From Eledone cirrhosa (Eukaryota): a stretch of DNA of 64,000 nucleotides. Shown here piece by piece: positions 12,034-23,763 of the stretch. Both the position numbers and the translations under genes were made by a program. The stretch is from positions 31,434,001 through 31,498,000 of the forward strand of contig OZ024747.1 of NCBI GenBank assembly GCA_964016885.1, written 5' to 3'. The notes under the pieces are model-generated. The model was given only the letters and a program-made list of their open reading frames with translations. It made no database searches and was not told the DNA's origin. Each line of letters opens with the position of its first letter. Position 1 is the stretch's first letter.

Positions 12034-13200
12034 TGGAAATATAAGAAAGGAATATAATAGACAAAATCCATGGGGCTGAAAATCAGAGACATGAGGGCGA
12101 CCGGACATTTAGCAGCTTCTACCCCGGTCGGCCGCCCTCAAGTGATGATTATTAAGCCTACTTCTTTCCATCTGGTGAAGGGGCGTAGGCTTATAGTGTA
12201 CTACTACCACCCCGTCACAGACAGAGGCCAGAGTTGAGGTCAGGTCACAATCAAGCTGGAGTGCTAGAAAGTGCCGCGAAAAATATTTTTTCAAAGAACA
12301 TATATCTTTAACAAAGCTATATATAGTAATATATAGTGGGCGTCTGTGTGATATAATGTATGGACAGAAATTACGATTAACAATTAGAAACATTAAATTT
12401 ATGTTTAGAGTCAGAAGATGCCATTTAAGATGAAATTAGAAAAATAAGGTTTAGGTTTAAAGTTGTGAGATTTAGTTAAAGCAATTTACAGAAGGAGGCT
12501 TTTATGAAAAAGTTTAGGTGTATTATAGATAGTCACGATAATGTTACAGGGTAGAATATAGAGTAAAGATTAAGCCCATGCTTAGCGGTCAATAACCAGC
12601 GATGTTGCGGACCCCTGGCCAGCCCGGGGCCCGACGGCATGTCAGCCCTTCCGAGTATTATTGTCTAGCAAAAGAAATGGAAATTTATTTTTCCGAGCAC
12701 TCCAGGAATGTTAACTGTCTTAAGCGTCATCTGTGCGCTAGCTGGAAGTCCGCCACCACCAGCTGTCTATCGTATATACCAAACGATTACTAGTTATTCA
12801 CACTGGTGGGGGATTTAGTTAAGTGCTAGTAGAAGGAGGCATGAATTTAAAGGTACTGTTTGGCGGTCAATAACTGGTGGCAAGGCGGGTTCCAAGTCTG
12901 ACACGGCCCCAAGGTGAAGCAGCCCTCCCGAGTATTTTTGTTTACCGAAAGAAGCCGCCCAATCCATCTGATCATCATGTGTACCAAACGATTATTAGTT
13001 ATTCACACCCGTGATGTAAAGTGGAAAGTGGCAATATCTGATGAAATGTGCAAATAGACTATATTTAGTCCCCAGTTAGTCCGGGTTATATGTAATGTGA
13101 TTCTTGGGTGGGTAGGGGTAGTGAATAAAGATAAACAGATATAGGGTACAGAGAGTAATATTCAAGGGTTGTGTGCTATGAGTACAAGGATAAGTATATA

Positions 13201-13375
13201 ATTGTTTCTACATTTGGCACAAGGCCAGTAATTATCCCAGTACATTACTGGTACTTTATTTTATCGACCCTGTAAGGATGAAAGGCAAAGTTAACCTCGG
13301 TGGGATTTGAATTCAGAATCGCAAGGGCCATAACTCGATGCATCAAAGCATGGCATCTGACCGTCTACCGATATA
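13201..13375 (-). mobile_element. SINE family 1, diverged copy
   Basis: Similarity to 56720-56905. Confidence 0.82.
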
Positions 13376-13506
13376 ATGAGGTTAAAGCGAGTAAATAAAT
13401 ACATAAATAAAACCATAAGTAAAATACATAAATAAAATGCAGTCATACCTAGGGTGGTAATGGAGGGAGTAAAAAGGAAGTATATAAGAACATATCGAAC
13501 ATATTG

Positions 13507-13548
<42 letters not shown>

Positions 13549-13554
<6 letters not shown>

Positions 13555-14503
13555 ACACAGATACATGCGGACACACACATATACATGAATGCATCCACAC
13601 CCAACCGTGAGTTAAGGGTGCCAACCTCACCGATGTTGCTCAATGAATGACTGGGACAGACCAATCCGGTTGAACCAGACTGAACCAGTATCAGAGTTAA
13701 AAATACATTATGAAGAAAGAAGGAATATTTAGATATAATTAGTAATAAAATGTATCATAAGTCGGCAGACCTCGCAAGGACTCTATATCTTTATGATGTA
13801 TTGTTTTTGTTTATGCCACGAAACTACGTAGTCGAGGAATCTAGGAACAGTTTAGGTATGATACATTTTATTACTAATTATATCTAAATGTTCCTTCTCT
13901 CTTCATAATGTATTTTTAACTCTGATACTGGTTCAGTCTGGTTCAACCGGATTGGTCTGTCCCAGTCATTCATTGAGCAACATCGGTGAGGTTGGCACCC
14001 TTAACTCACGGTTGGGTGTGGATGCATTCATGTATATGTGTGTGTCCGCATGTATCTGTGTGTTTCTAAATATATTGTTAATAACTCCCTCTGGTCGAGT
14101 AATCTTTGAAGTGTGGTGACTGCTGGAAAGCTGCCATTACTCATACTTCTCGCCTCCTTCACCACCTCTTCTACGGCTTCGATATAAATACCCCCTCCGC
14201 CTCCGTCGTATTTTCTTCAGGGTTATAAGAGGCTTAGCTCTGTTTCTCGACCGTTATATCGCGTGACTATCTCCCCCTCCGCCTTTTGGGATTCTTTCTC
14301 ACGTCGTGTAGACGCGTTCTTGAGGCTAGTAAAATGAGGTATCCTCTTGATAAGTCGGCAGACCTCGCAAGGACTCTATATCTTTATGATGTATTGTTTT
14401 TGTTTATGCTACGAAACTACGTAGTCGAGGAATCTAGGAGCAGTTTAGGTATGATACATTTTATTACTAATTATATCTAAATGTTCCTTCTCTCTTCATA
14501 ATG
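13549..14503 (+). mobile_element. Non-coding HHR-bounded element (retrozyme-like or non-autonomous PLE) with an inverted 5' arm
   Basis: 13549-13759 is the reverse complement of 13857-14068; 13757-13910 is repeated directly at 14350-14503; flanked by (TA)n. Confidence 0.75.
14342..14431 (+). ncRNA. Hammerhead ribozyme, U3-A8 core variant with a long loop II
   Basis: tcctc TTGATAA gtcggca ... tgctac GAAA ctacgtag TC gagga. Confidence 0.8.
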
Positions 14504-14570
14504 TGTATATATATATATATATATATTAATTCAAAATATTAACAAAAATAGACATTCGTGTGATCAGGTA

Positions 14571-14637
14571 TATTTTATTATACATATTTCAGAGGTACTG
14601 AGCTATCTTCAACAGTACGTCCTCATCAGATAAAATA
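14571..14637 (-). ncRNA. Hammerhead ribozyme (CTGATGA)
   Basis: Reverse complement: tattttat CTGATGA ggacgtactg..cagtacctct GAAA tatgta TA ataaaata. Confidence 0.78.
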
Positions 14638-14757
14638 AGATGATGCATGACATACCCTGACTTAGTAGATGGTTAAGACTCAGTCATGGCAAATCATTCA
14701 GACTGCCATCACTGAATCTTAACCATCTACTAAGTCAGGGTATGTCATGCATCATCT

Positions 14758-14824
14758 TATTGTATCTGATGAGGATGTACTGTTGAAGATAGCTCAGTAC
14801 CTCTGAAATATGTATAATAAAATA
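14758..14824 (+). ncRNA. Hammerhead ribozyme (CTGATGA), mirror copy
   Basis: tattgtat CTGATGA ggatgtactg..cagtacctct GAAA tatgta TA ataaaata. Confidence 0.75.
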
Positions 14825-14961
14825 TACCTGATCACACGAATGTCTATTTTTGTTAATATTTTGAATTAATATTATAACACTGGAAAACCATTCCTGTGGA
14901 ATGCTTCCAATCTATTGTAAAACTTATTCTTTGATTTATTCATTGAACCTTGTTTAACCTT

Positions 14962-15029
<68 letters not shown>

Positions 15030-15031
<2 letters not shown>

Positions 15032-15233
15032 GGAACGAGTAGGAACCCGACGGCTGGGCTCAAGCCGTTTCAACGACTAATTCTCGACTAAATTTAGTCC
15101 AGAATTAGCCGTTGAAATGGCTTGAGCCCAGCCGTCGGGTTCCTACTCGTTCCTATTACCCACTCTACTACCCTAAGTATTGAGTACTTTGGTGCGTTTT
15201 GGTCCACCTGGTTCCTTACCACATTTCCTTTGT

Positions 15234-15234
<1 letters not shown>
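15030..15234. repeat. Palindromic cassette (family also at 27112-27310 and 42650-42950)
   Basis: 15030-15155 mirrors around ctaaatttag; shared tail with ccctaagtattgagtact or a variant. Confidence 0.8.
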
Positions 15235-15274
<40 letters not shown>

Positions 15275-15317
15275 GTATGTATATATCTATATATCTATGT
15301 GTATATATATATATATG

Positions 15318-15378
<61 letters not shown>

Positions 15379-15556
15379 GGATACTATTTATAGTTATGTA
15401 TATATTATACTATATACAACTATAAACAGGTAAAGTCAGTAATTTATTACTACCTTATTACCAGTAAGATAAATAGCTCAATGTAAGAACATCATTTGTT
15501 ATACAGAGCAGTAATTTAGAATACACAAGAATCAAAGCTATGTTAGAACATTTAAT

Positions 15557-15685
15557 TGCTGACAATTGTTTCTTCCAAGCCTAGGCTTGTAGTCTTCGAA
15601 GCATTATTAATAATGTTTGTACATAACATTATTAATAATGTTCCGAAGACTCTAAGCCTAGGCTTGGAAGAAACAATTGTCAGCA
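15557..15685. ncRNA. Pair of inverted hammerheads, 15557-15603 (-) and 15639-15685 (+), within the palindrome 15517-15725
   Basis: (+) tgtt CCGAAGA ctctaagcc ta ggcttggaa GAAA caattg TC agca; the (-) copy has TCGAAGA. Confidence 0.7.
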
Positions 15686-15719
15686 ATTAAATGTTCTAAC
15701 ATAGCTTTGATTCTTGTGT

Positions 15720-15766
<47 letters not shown>

Positions 15767-15860
15767 GAAGTAATTCCGTCGGAAACGTACAGGAAAAAAG
15801 AGTGCTCTATCTAGGCTACAGAGCTTATTAGTTATGTAATGAATAACATAAGATAATTAT

Positions 15861-15918
15861 TTCCTTTACCAGTGGTTTCTTGAAAGCAGGTATATCTGTT
15901 TTCAGTCATTAGAATGAA
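15861..15918 (-). ncRNA. Hammerhead with a G5A core mutation, probably inactive; same family as 51406-51463
   Basis: Reverse complement: tcatt CTAATGA ctgaaaacag..ctgctttcaa GAAA ccactgg TA aagga. Confidence 0.6.
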
Positions 15919-16016
15919 TAAAACATGGTGTTTTTATTAAATATGGATTTGAAACAAAATATAAGAAATATGAAAGTGAGGCTAAGGAAACAACTGGCGA
16001 AGAAGAAGGGAAAAAA

Positions 16017-16076
<60 letters not shown>

Positions 16077-16366
16077 TAAATAAATAAACATACACACACT
16101 CACCCACGCGCATATACTTAAAAAGTACGTAGATATATGCTGTCACATAAGCGTATATGTATCAACCGACATGGACAAAATACATACACATACATGAAGT
16201 AATAAGAATAAATAAATAAATGAATAAGTAATAAATAAATGAATAATGTACATACATTTATAGTATTTTGATTATTTTTTGTACATGTGTGTGTTTGTGT
16301 GTTTGTGTGTATGTGTGTATGTGTGCGTGTATGTATATATATATGTATATGTATATTTATATATAC

Positions 16367-16403
<37 letters not shown>

Positions 16404-16440
16404 ATTCACAAGAATCAAAGCTATGTCCAAAGCATTTATT

Positions 16441-16487
16441 CACTTACAATTGTTTCATCCAAACCTAGGCTTGGAGTCTTCGGAGCA
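16441..16487 (-). ncRNA. Hammerhead ribozyme (CCGAAGA family)
   Basis: Reverse complement: tgct CCGAAGA c tccaagcc ta ggtttgga t GAAA caattg TA agtg. Confidence 0.68.
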
Positions 16488-16660
16488 TTTTTCAATGTTT
16501 GTACACATAATTGACCTCCAACGCAAGAGACATACAGATACATATATATATATATATATATTGATGTACAGTGGAGTGACATATATTATACTATATTATT
16601 TCTTTATAGCAATTCAAATTCAAAATCAAAATCAAAATCAAAATCAAAATCAACCTACTT

Positions 16661-17443
16661 AAGGCTTTCTTCTCACTCCTGGATAAAAACTTCCCATCTG
16701 GCCACAAGTACCATAGTCTTATAAACAAAAACACCATTAAAATCTCCTACTCTACCACGCCTAACATAGCATACCACATAGCTAGTAGCAATAAAAGAAA
16801 AATTAATACTTACTTCCAACAAACTAAAACACGGCAGGGGGTAAACCTTCAAAACAACATTATATCTGCAAACCCTGATATCAATAGTAATAATAGTAAT
16901 AGCACTAGTGAAATCAATAACGCTGGGAGCGACAACCCCCATAGCTATAAAGCAATACCTAGCAACCAGACTTCTACACAACATAATAACCGGCAGGTTA
17001 ACATCCAAAATAATTGTAACTGTAGATCTAATAGAACCTGCCCTTTAGATAAAAACTGCTTAATCAAGGACATCATATACTCATGCACCGTCATTACTAG
17101 CAACTCTTCTGAAACCTATATAGGCTCTACTTCGAACTGCTTCAAAACCAGATACAATTCACACCTCCATTCTTTCAAAAAACACAGTCTAGCCAACTCC
17201 ACTTCACTATCTAGCTACATACACTATCTAAAAACTAGAAATAGATCTTATACACTTAAATGGGAAGTGATAGGTAAGGCGGCATTGTACAAACCACCTA
17301 ATAAATTCTGTAACCTCTGTCTACTAGAGACCCATACTATAATCTTCTCAAACCATAACCTCCTTAATAAAAAATCGGAAGTGTTTGCATCGTGCCAGCA
17401 CCACTTCCAGCACTCCTTCCAAAACTTTAAACCCAATATATAA
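16661..17443 (+). mobile_element. 5'-truncated PLE: uninterrupted ATG-less frame encoding linker plus GIY-YIG (absent from the ORF track)
   Basis: Manual translation: LLDKNFPSGHKY..KISYSTTPN..CNCRSNRTCPLDKNCL..IIYSC..YIGSTSNCFKTRYNSH..SF..WEVI..CNLCLLE..LLNKKSE..CQH. Confidence 0.88.
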
Positions 17444-18219
17444 CAATGTCAGACTTGAACCCATCACCACTTCTATCACGACACCTCAAGGGCACACCTT
17501 ACACCACAACTCCACACTCACTGATCCACCCTATCTCGACACAAATCATTCCATCTATCTATAACTTTATACCCTAGAAATATCCCCATAAACACCTACT
17601 TTTAGTATAACTACTTTCATATACTTATAATTATATAGTGATACAATAGAGTCTATATAAGCTTTAAATACCAGATTCGACAATGAATTATATATGCAAA
17701 TGTATTTCTATGTATGGAGTAATAACATTGGATATATATAAGATTAATTTATTAACATAAGAGATCTGTCTAACTTCTTTGTTGAGTGCAATGAATTATG
17801 TATGAATAGTATGTGAGTTTTATATGCAAGTATAACTTGATGGATGGATTAATGACATTGTAAATGAGGGATGTATTTGTCTGCCCTAGAGATGTATTTG
17901 GCTTTGCCATGCAAACAGCCATACGCTGCTCCAGAACTTACCAGGGGTTATGTAGACATAATTCTAATAGGTCCCCTGACATGTTCTGAGAGTAGACTAC
18001 ATTTGCAGTGAACTTTGATATAAAGATGTGGCTCTTTGTATGGAGTATTCAGTTGTAGCACTGTATGATAGGGAGTAATCATCCTAATATAGATACCTTT
18101 AGTACATCATGATAGAGTAGATTGTATTTAAAATTGGAAGCTGGATATAAATATATAACCGTCTATATAAGGGACTCAATTGAGGTGCCTTATAATGTAT
18201 GTTAGAACAATGAATTTAG

Positions 18220-18552
18220 TTATGGAAGACCGGTACAAGCCAAAGTTGAAGCATATAGAGAGTATGCCGCCATCCCCTCCCACTGTAAAGTAAATGTGTA
18301 TGTGTCATGACAAAAAAAGCATCCAGTCCACACTGTAAGGTGGTCGTGTAGGCACAACAGTAAAAAGCACCCAGTACTCACTGTAAATGAGGTTGGTGTT
18401 AGGAAGGGCATCCAAATGTAGAAATCAAGCCAAAATCAGTTCCCATATGAGCAAGACAAGGTCACCTTACCTAGCATTGTCCACAACAGGACAACCCATC
18501 TAACCTATGCTAGCTTGGAAGAATGGATGTAAAACGGTGATGATGATGATGA
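18220..18552 (+). mobile_element. Older RTE family A-like 3' UTR with (ATG)n tail
   Basis: cactgtaaatgaggttggtgttaggaagggcatcc motif and terminal stem-loop. Confidence 0.8.
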
Positions 18553-20399
18553 TATATATGTGTGTGCATGTGTGGGTATGTATATATATATGTGTGTGTA
18601 CATGTGTGTGTGTGCGTGTGTATATATATACACACATACATACACACATATATATATATATATATAGACAGAACCATTTTACAGTGTAGACTGGGAGCTG
18701 GGGATGGGGGAGTTAGATGGGGTTGGTCAGGTTGATCTAGAGTGGGGAACTTATCTGGTGAATGGTGGGGTGTTAAGACGTGGGATCTGTATGGAAGGTG
18801 TGAAGACAGTGCATACAAGATGTATAAATTTGTGTGTAATGCTGATAGAATTTTTTATTTTCTGCTGAAACCTCAAAAATTGTGATTTTGATTGTAATAT
18901 TTTATCAATTCTCAAAAAGAAATAAAAGAAGTAAATCATATCATATTTATGTATGAAATAAATACTGTTGAATATATTTTATGTGACAAATAGGAAAACT
19001 TTTACTTTGATTAAAGTATGTCACTGTATTATACAAAATGTTTTGACATTCACCTGCTAGGCATTTCAAAATATTTCAATGAAAGGTTTCACAATTTCTG
19101 ATGTCAAAAGGAGTGAACGTGAGTTTTAAAATATTTTAGGTTTCTTGGAATCATGTAACAGTATTGTACAAATCTACCTCACATTCAACCACATTTGAAA
19201 GTATCTCATCAAATACGTTGATTTATGGTGACAAAACATATTAGCTCTGAATGCGTGTTAAAATAGTACACCTAGGAAACAATATATTTATTTTGTCTGA
19301 GATACAAAGATTGCAGCCTTTGTTTCTCTGATTATAAGGTTCAACATGTTTCAATATCTTGCAAATAATTTTATATTTTTTGGAATTATTTTTTCTTACA
19401 GACGAGATAGGATTATTTGGGTAAATGTTTGCCTACAGATCATTTAGATTGTCAAGGTTGATTGATTCATAATCAACCTAATGCATTTATCGTATAGATC
19501 ACCAACACTAGGGAGGCTGTCATGTCCTTGACATGACTGAAGGGTCCTCCCAACACTTTGTCTGGCAAGCTTTCTATGGCTGGATACCCTTCCTACCACC
19601 AACTACTTTACAGTGTGTACTGGCTGTGTTTATTGTATGTCCACAAACACTAGAGAAGCTGTCATACAAAACTATATAACATGGTTGTTTAAATTGGCCT
19701 TACATAGTTAGTTGAATGTCATGTATGTGTATTCACGCATAGATGAATCTAAAAGTGAAATTATCTGATTACAAATAAAAGCCTTGTTTACCTATATGAT
19801 ATAAATTTATGAGCAAAGTTGATACAGTATAATACCAATGAACGCAGTCAAGTGTCTCATGACTATAAGACAGTGATGATTTTAGAGTATTAAATCTATT
19901 AGTTTCAGTGTAGCTACTGAATAACAGCTTATTATGTTCAAACAAAAAGAGACTTATTTTATCACCTGGCAACAAAATTGTGTTGGATTTTGTTTCATTG
20001 GCACGCAAGGATAGCAGTAAATTATCCTAAATTATAGCTATGTATAGGTGGACTTTGTTGTTAAAAATCTGTTGGCAGCACACAAATTAAAGTTTCTAGC
20101 AGTTCATTGACACGGAAATGGCAATTAGAAATACACTGGTAAATGGAAATTTACCTAGAAATCAGAAAATATTGTCTTCTTTTATACAACATACTTGTTG
20201 GTATGAAAATGAGATTAGCAATCTACTGTAAACTGTCAAAGTAGCATGGCAGAATGATGAAGTGATGATTGCTGAAAATGATTTTGAATTTTGAGAAACT
20301 TGGGTGATTGTCTAACAAAGTACAGTGAGTGTATGGTGGGTGAGTTTAGAAGGAGTGAATGTACAATCTAACTGTCTAAAATTCTAAAGTCTATCTCGA

Positions 20400-20660
20400 G
20401 TCTGGAGGCTCATCAGGCAGATACTCATTCCAGTTTCCATGGCATAAATTGACTGGGAGTACATGAGTCATCCCTGGACAGAATGCCAGTCCATAGTAGG
20501 GTTGAACCCTCAGCTATTGCTGGTACTCATTCTCAGCTGAGTGTACCAGAGCAACATGAAATGAAGTGTTTTGCTCAAGAACACAACACACAACCCAGTC
20601 CAGGAATCAAACCCACAACATTCTGATCATAAGTCCAACACACTTCACATGCCTTCACAT
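20400..20660 (-). mobile_element. Old tRNA/CORE-like SINE; a related copy lies at 61380-61545 (+)
   Basis: tactcattctcagctgagt..gagcaacatgaaatgaagtgttttgctcaagaacacaac. Confidence 0.6.
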
Positions 20661-21305
20661 CTAACTATCCAGAAGTCATGAGGAAATATAAATAGCAATC
20701 TAAATTACAGGATGATAACTTAATGTAGAATTAAGTAGAACTTATATCAGGGAAATGTGAAGATGCATGGCCTAGGTGTTGGACTAATTACAAAACTATG
20801 ATATTACCAGCATGTATCAAAGGAAATCATTGCTATCAATGGATATTGATGACTTATCAGAATCTGCTCTACTCTACCCCAACCATGCCACTCCATAGGA
20901 AGATGTACAAATATTGTACTATTAGGTTTAGTAGTAAAGTATTCTTTACAAAACAAAACAAAAACACCAATACATGTACATATACATAGAAAGATGCATA
21001 AATACATGTATGCATGCAAAGTGACTACTGATCAATCTAGATTAATCATTTATTTTATTTTATTTTATTTTATTTTGCGTTCCTAATTACTTTATAATAT
21101 GAATATTTTTTTCTTAAATTCATTTATGATACTCATCATCATTATCATCATCAGTGGTGGTGATGAAAAATAATGATGATGATGTAATATCATTGAAAAT
21201 GACAACAATAATATGATATAATTCAATAAATAAATATCTGATTTCCTAACAAATGGTGATTGCATGTATATATATGTGTTGCAAGCAGGGAAATGCGGAC
21301 GTAAA

Positions 21306-21344
<39 letters not shown>

Positions 21345-22179
21345 TGTGTGTGTGTGTGTGAAATCCAAAAATCAAAGAAGAAATTTTGAAAGATTTTATA
21401 ATTTATTTGTCTATGTTTTTTTAGGAATGCAGAAAATGCAATATTTTATCAACCTCTATCAATAGAATATTTGATATTGGTCAATATTTGTGATGGCAAT
21501 AGAAGAATTTAAATATATTTCCAAGGCATAACTAGTCATTGGAAAGCCTACATGGTTTGCTTTGCACAGGATCAATAGACGCTATAAAATCTTGTTCTTA
21601 GAAAACTGACTCGTGTAAAGGAAAATTACAGAACACATCAATGCAATTCTTATGATATTTATCTTAATCTTTCTAAGTTTATATATGTATTTGATTAAGA
21701 CTCAGTCAAGGAAACTTCCTTTCTTCAAAAGATCACAGAAAATTCTATACTTTAGAGCTATTGATGAATATCCAGATAACTCTGATTTAGATCAGTTATA
21801 ATAATTTTCTGCTCTCCAAAATTCAATGCATTTCAAGAAGAACCCAGTATAAGCTTGCTAATATTTATAAATGCCATTTGATAAGCACTTGCAACTCTAG
21901 TTACATTCCTATTCAGACTTTCTTGATGATTGAAAATGTAATTATCAAAGGTTGAGTAAAGAATGATAATAATAAGTTTGAACAAGATTTAAATTAAACG
22001 GTGTTAAAATATCTGTGTTTATTAATTGGCATAAATAGATTGGCCTTGTGCCTATACAGTAAGCTATTATTAATTGTTGTGAATGATGTCTGTTTCTGTG
22101 ATTGGGCAAGATTCCATCTGTAAAAATTTAAAAATTCTTATATAATTCTTAGATAATGGAGAATTATGTGAAGAGATAG

Positions 22180-22428
22180 AGATAGAGAGAGTGAGAGGGT
22201 GAGGTGGTGAGTGAGAGAGAGAGAGAAAGGGAGATAGACACAGGTAGAGAGGGAGGGATAGTGAGAGACAGAGAGGGGGGATAGTGAGAGACATACAGAG
22301 AGGGAGGCATAGTGAGAGACATACAGAGAGGGAGGCATAGTGAGAGAGAGACAGAGAGGGAGGGATAGTAAGAGATATAGAAAGAGAGGGAGGGATAGTG
22401 AGAGACAGACAGAGAGGGAGGGAGAGAT
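22180..22428. repeat. Purine-rich minisatellite (unit about 24-28 bp, gagggagggatagtgagagacatacaga)
   Basis: Direct reading. Confidence 0.85.
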
Positions 22429-22866
22429 AGCAATAGCATTTTAATTTATGCTTTCTAAGTTTTTAACTGAATTATATAAGAAACTCTAAAGAAAAAAACT
22501 CAACATATGTCTTGAAAGTCATTGCCAGTTTTAGAAATGTAAGTATTTACAGGAAATATAAAGTTATAGAGATAATGTGAAAGATGATGAGCTCATGAGC
22601 AGAGATGCTATAAAATAACTTATAAAATAGGGTGAAGACCCTTAAAAGACAGAAAAAGAGGTTGTCATTGGCTGCTATGAGGAATTGAAAAATGATCTTG
22701 GAGATATGTGATTCAAATCATTGTGGTCAACCTTGGTTTCCATCTTTTAATGGTCTTCGCCCTATTTTATCATCTATTTTTTAACATCTCTTAGCATGAA
22801 CACATTATTCTTTACATTATCTCTATATTCTCAGTGCTCAAATGTCCAAGAAATCGGCAACATATA

Positions 22867-23384
22867 CAGGGTGATTGAAAAGTAACTCTATTGTTAAATT
22901 CTTATAATTTATTTCTTAACTATAATTTTTACAAGAAATGAATATGAGAAGAAAGCATATAACATGGAGCTTTATTTAAAATTCAATATGGGCACCAGCA
23001 TTTGCTACCAGCTTCTCGACCTGCCCGTGAACCGTATCAACTGATTTCACTGGGAACTCTTGTGGAATGGAAGACATAACTTCTCATATTCGCCCTTCAA
23101 GTTCTTCCAAAGTGGGTGGTTTGGTAGAGCTGACTTGCTCCTTTAACCAGCTCTAAAGAAAAAAGTCACAAGGTGTTAAGTCAGGACTTCTGGCTGGCCA
23201 CTTATACGGACCACGACCACCCATACATCTCCCAGGTAAGTCGGCATTCTGCCATTCATGAACAACAATAGGAAAATCAAATGTTCAATATTTTCCCAAG
23301 TACTGATAACTGGCCAGATTTCATCTTGCAGCATGGTAAGGTACCTTTCAACATTCAATAGGGAGTTACTTTTCAATCACCCTG
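22867..23384 (-). mobile_element. Internally deleted Tc1/mariner-superfamily DNA transposon
   Basis: 22-bp perfect TIR cagggtgattgaaaagtaactc, TA on both sides; minus-strand transposase remnant YLTMLQDEIWP..WPARSPDLTPCDFF..GAHIEF. Confidence 0.92.
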
Positions 23385-23694
23385 TATAAAGATATATTTT
23401 ATAGCACAAGAGTGCTTGCTTCACTAACTTATGTAGGTTACAAAGATGGTAGCCCTGAATAATAATATGAAACCAATCAAAACAATTTTGAAACATATTT
23501 ATTAAATATATGTCATATTGTAATTGTACCAGTCACTGATACACTAGATTTTTGTTGGTGAGAATAAAAAGGTTGTGTCTAACTTGAGGAAGAACAAATA
23601 TCACAATGGATTCTGCTCATAAAGTGCAGTTTTGACTTTCTTTATTTGTCTGTACACTAATGCTTATATCCTTTGCTGATACACACACCCATAC

Positions 23695-23763
<69 letters not shown>

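Larger units (their letters stand above)
14521..14874. repeat. Near-perfect palindrome of about 350 bp carrying an HHR on each strand
   Basis: Arms mirror around about 14697. Confidence 0.92.

Noticed and set aside
15030-15155. gaaa(c/t)ggc(tt/aa)gagc family (15113, 27188, 42912) as hammerheads
   Set aside because: The 5' core is absent (replaced by the inverted arm) and the A15.1-U16.1 pairing is unclear
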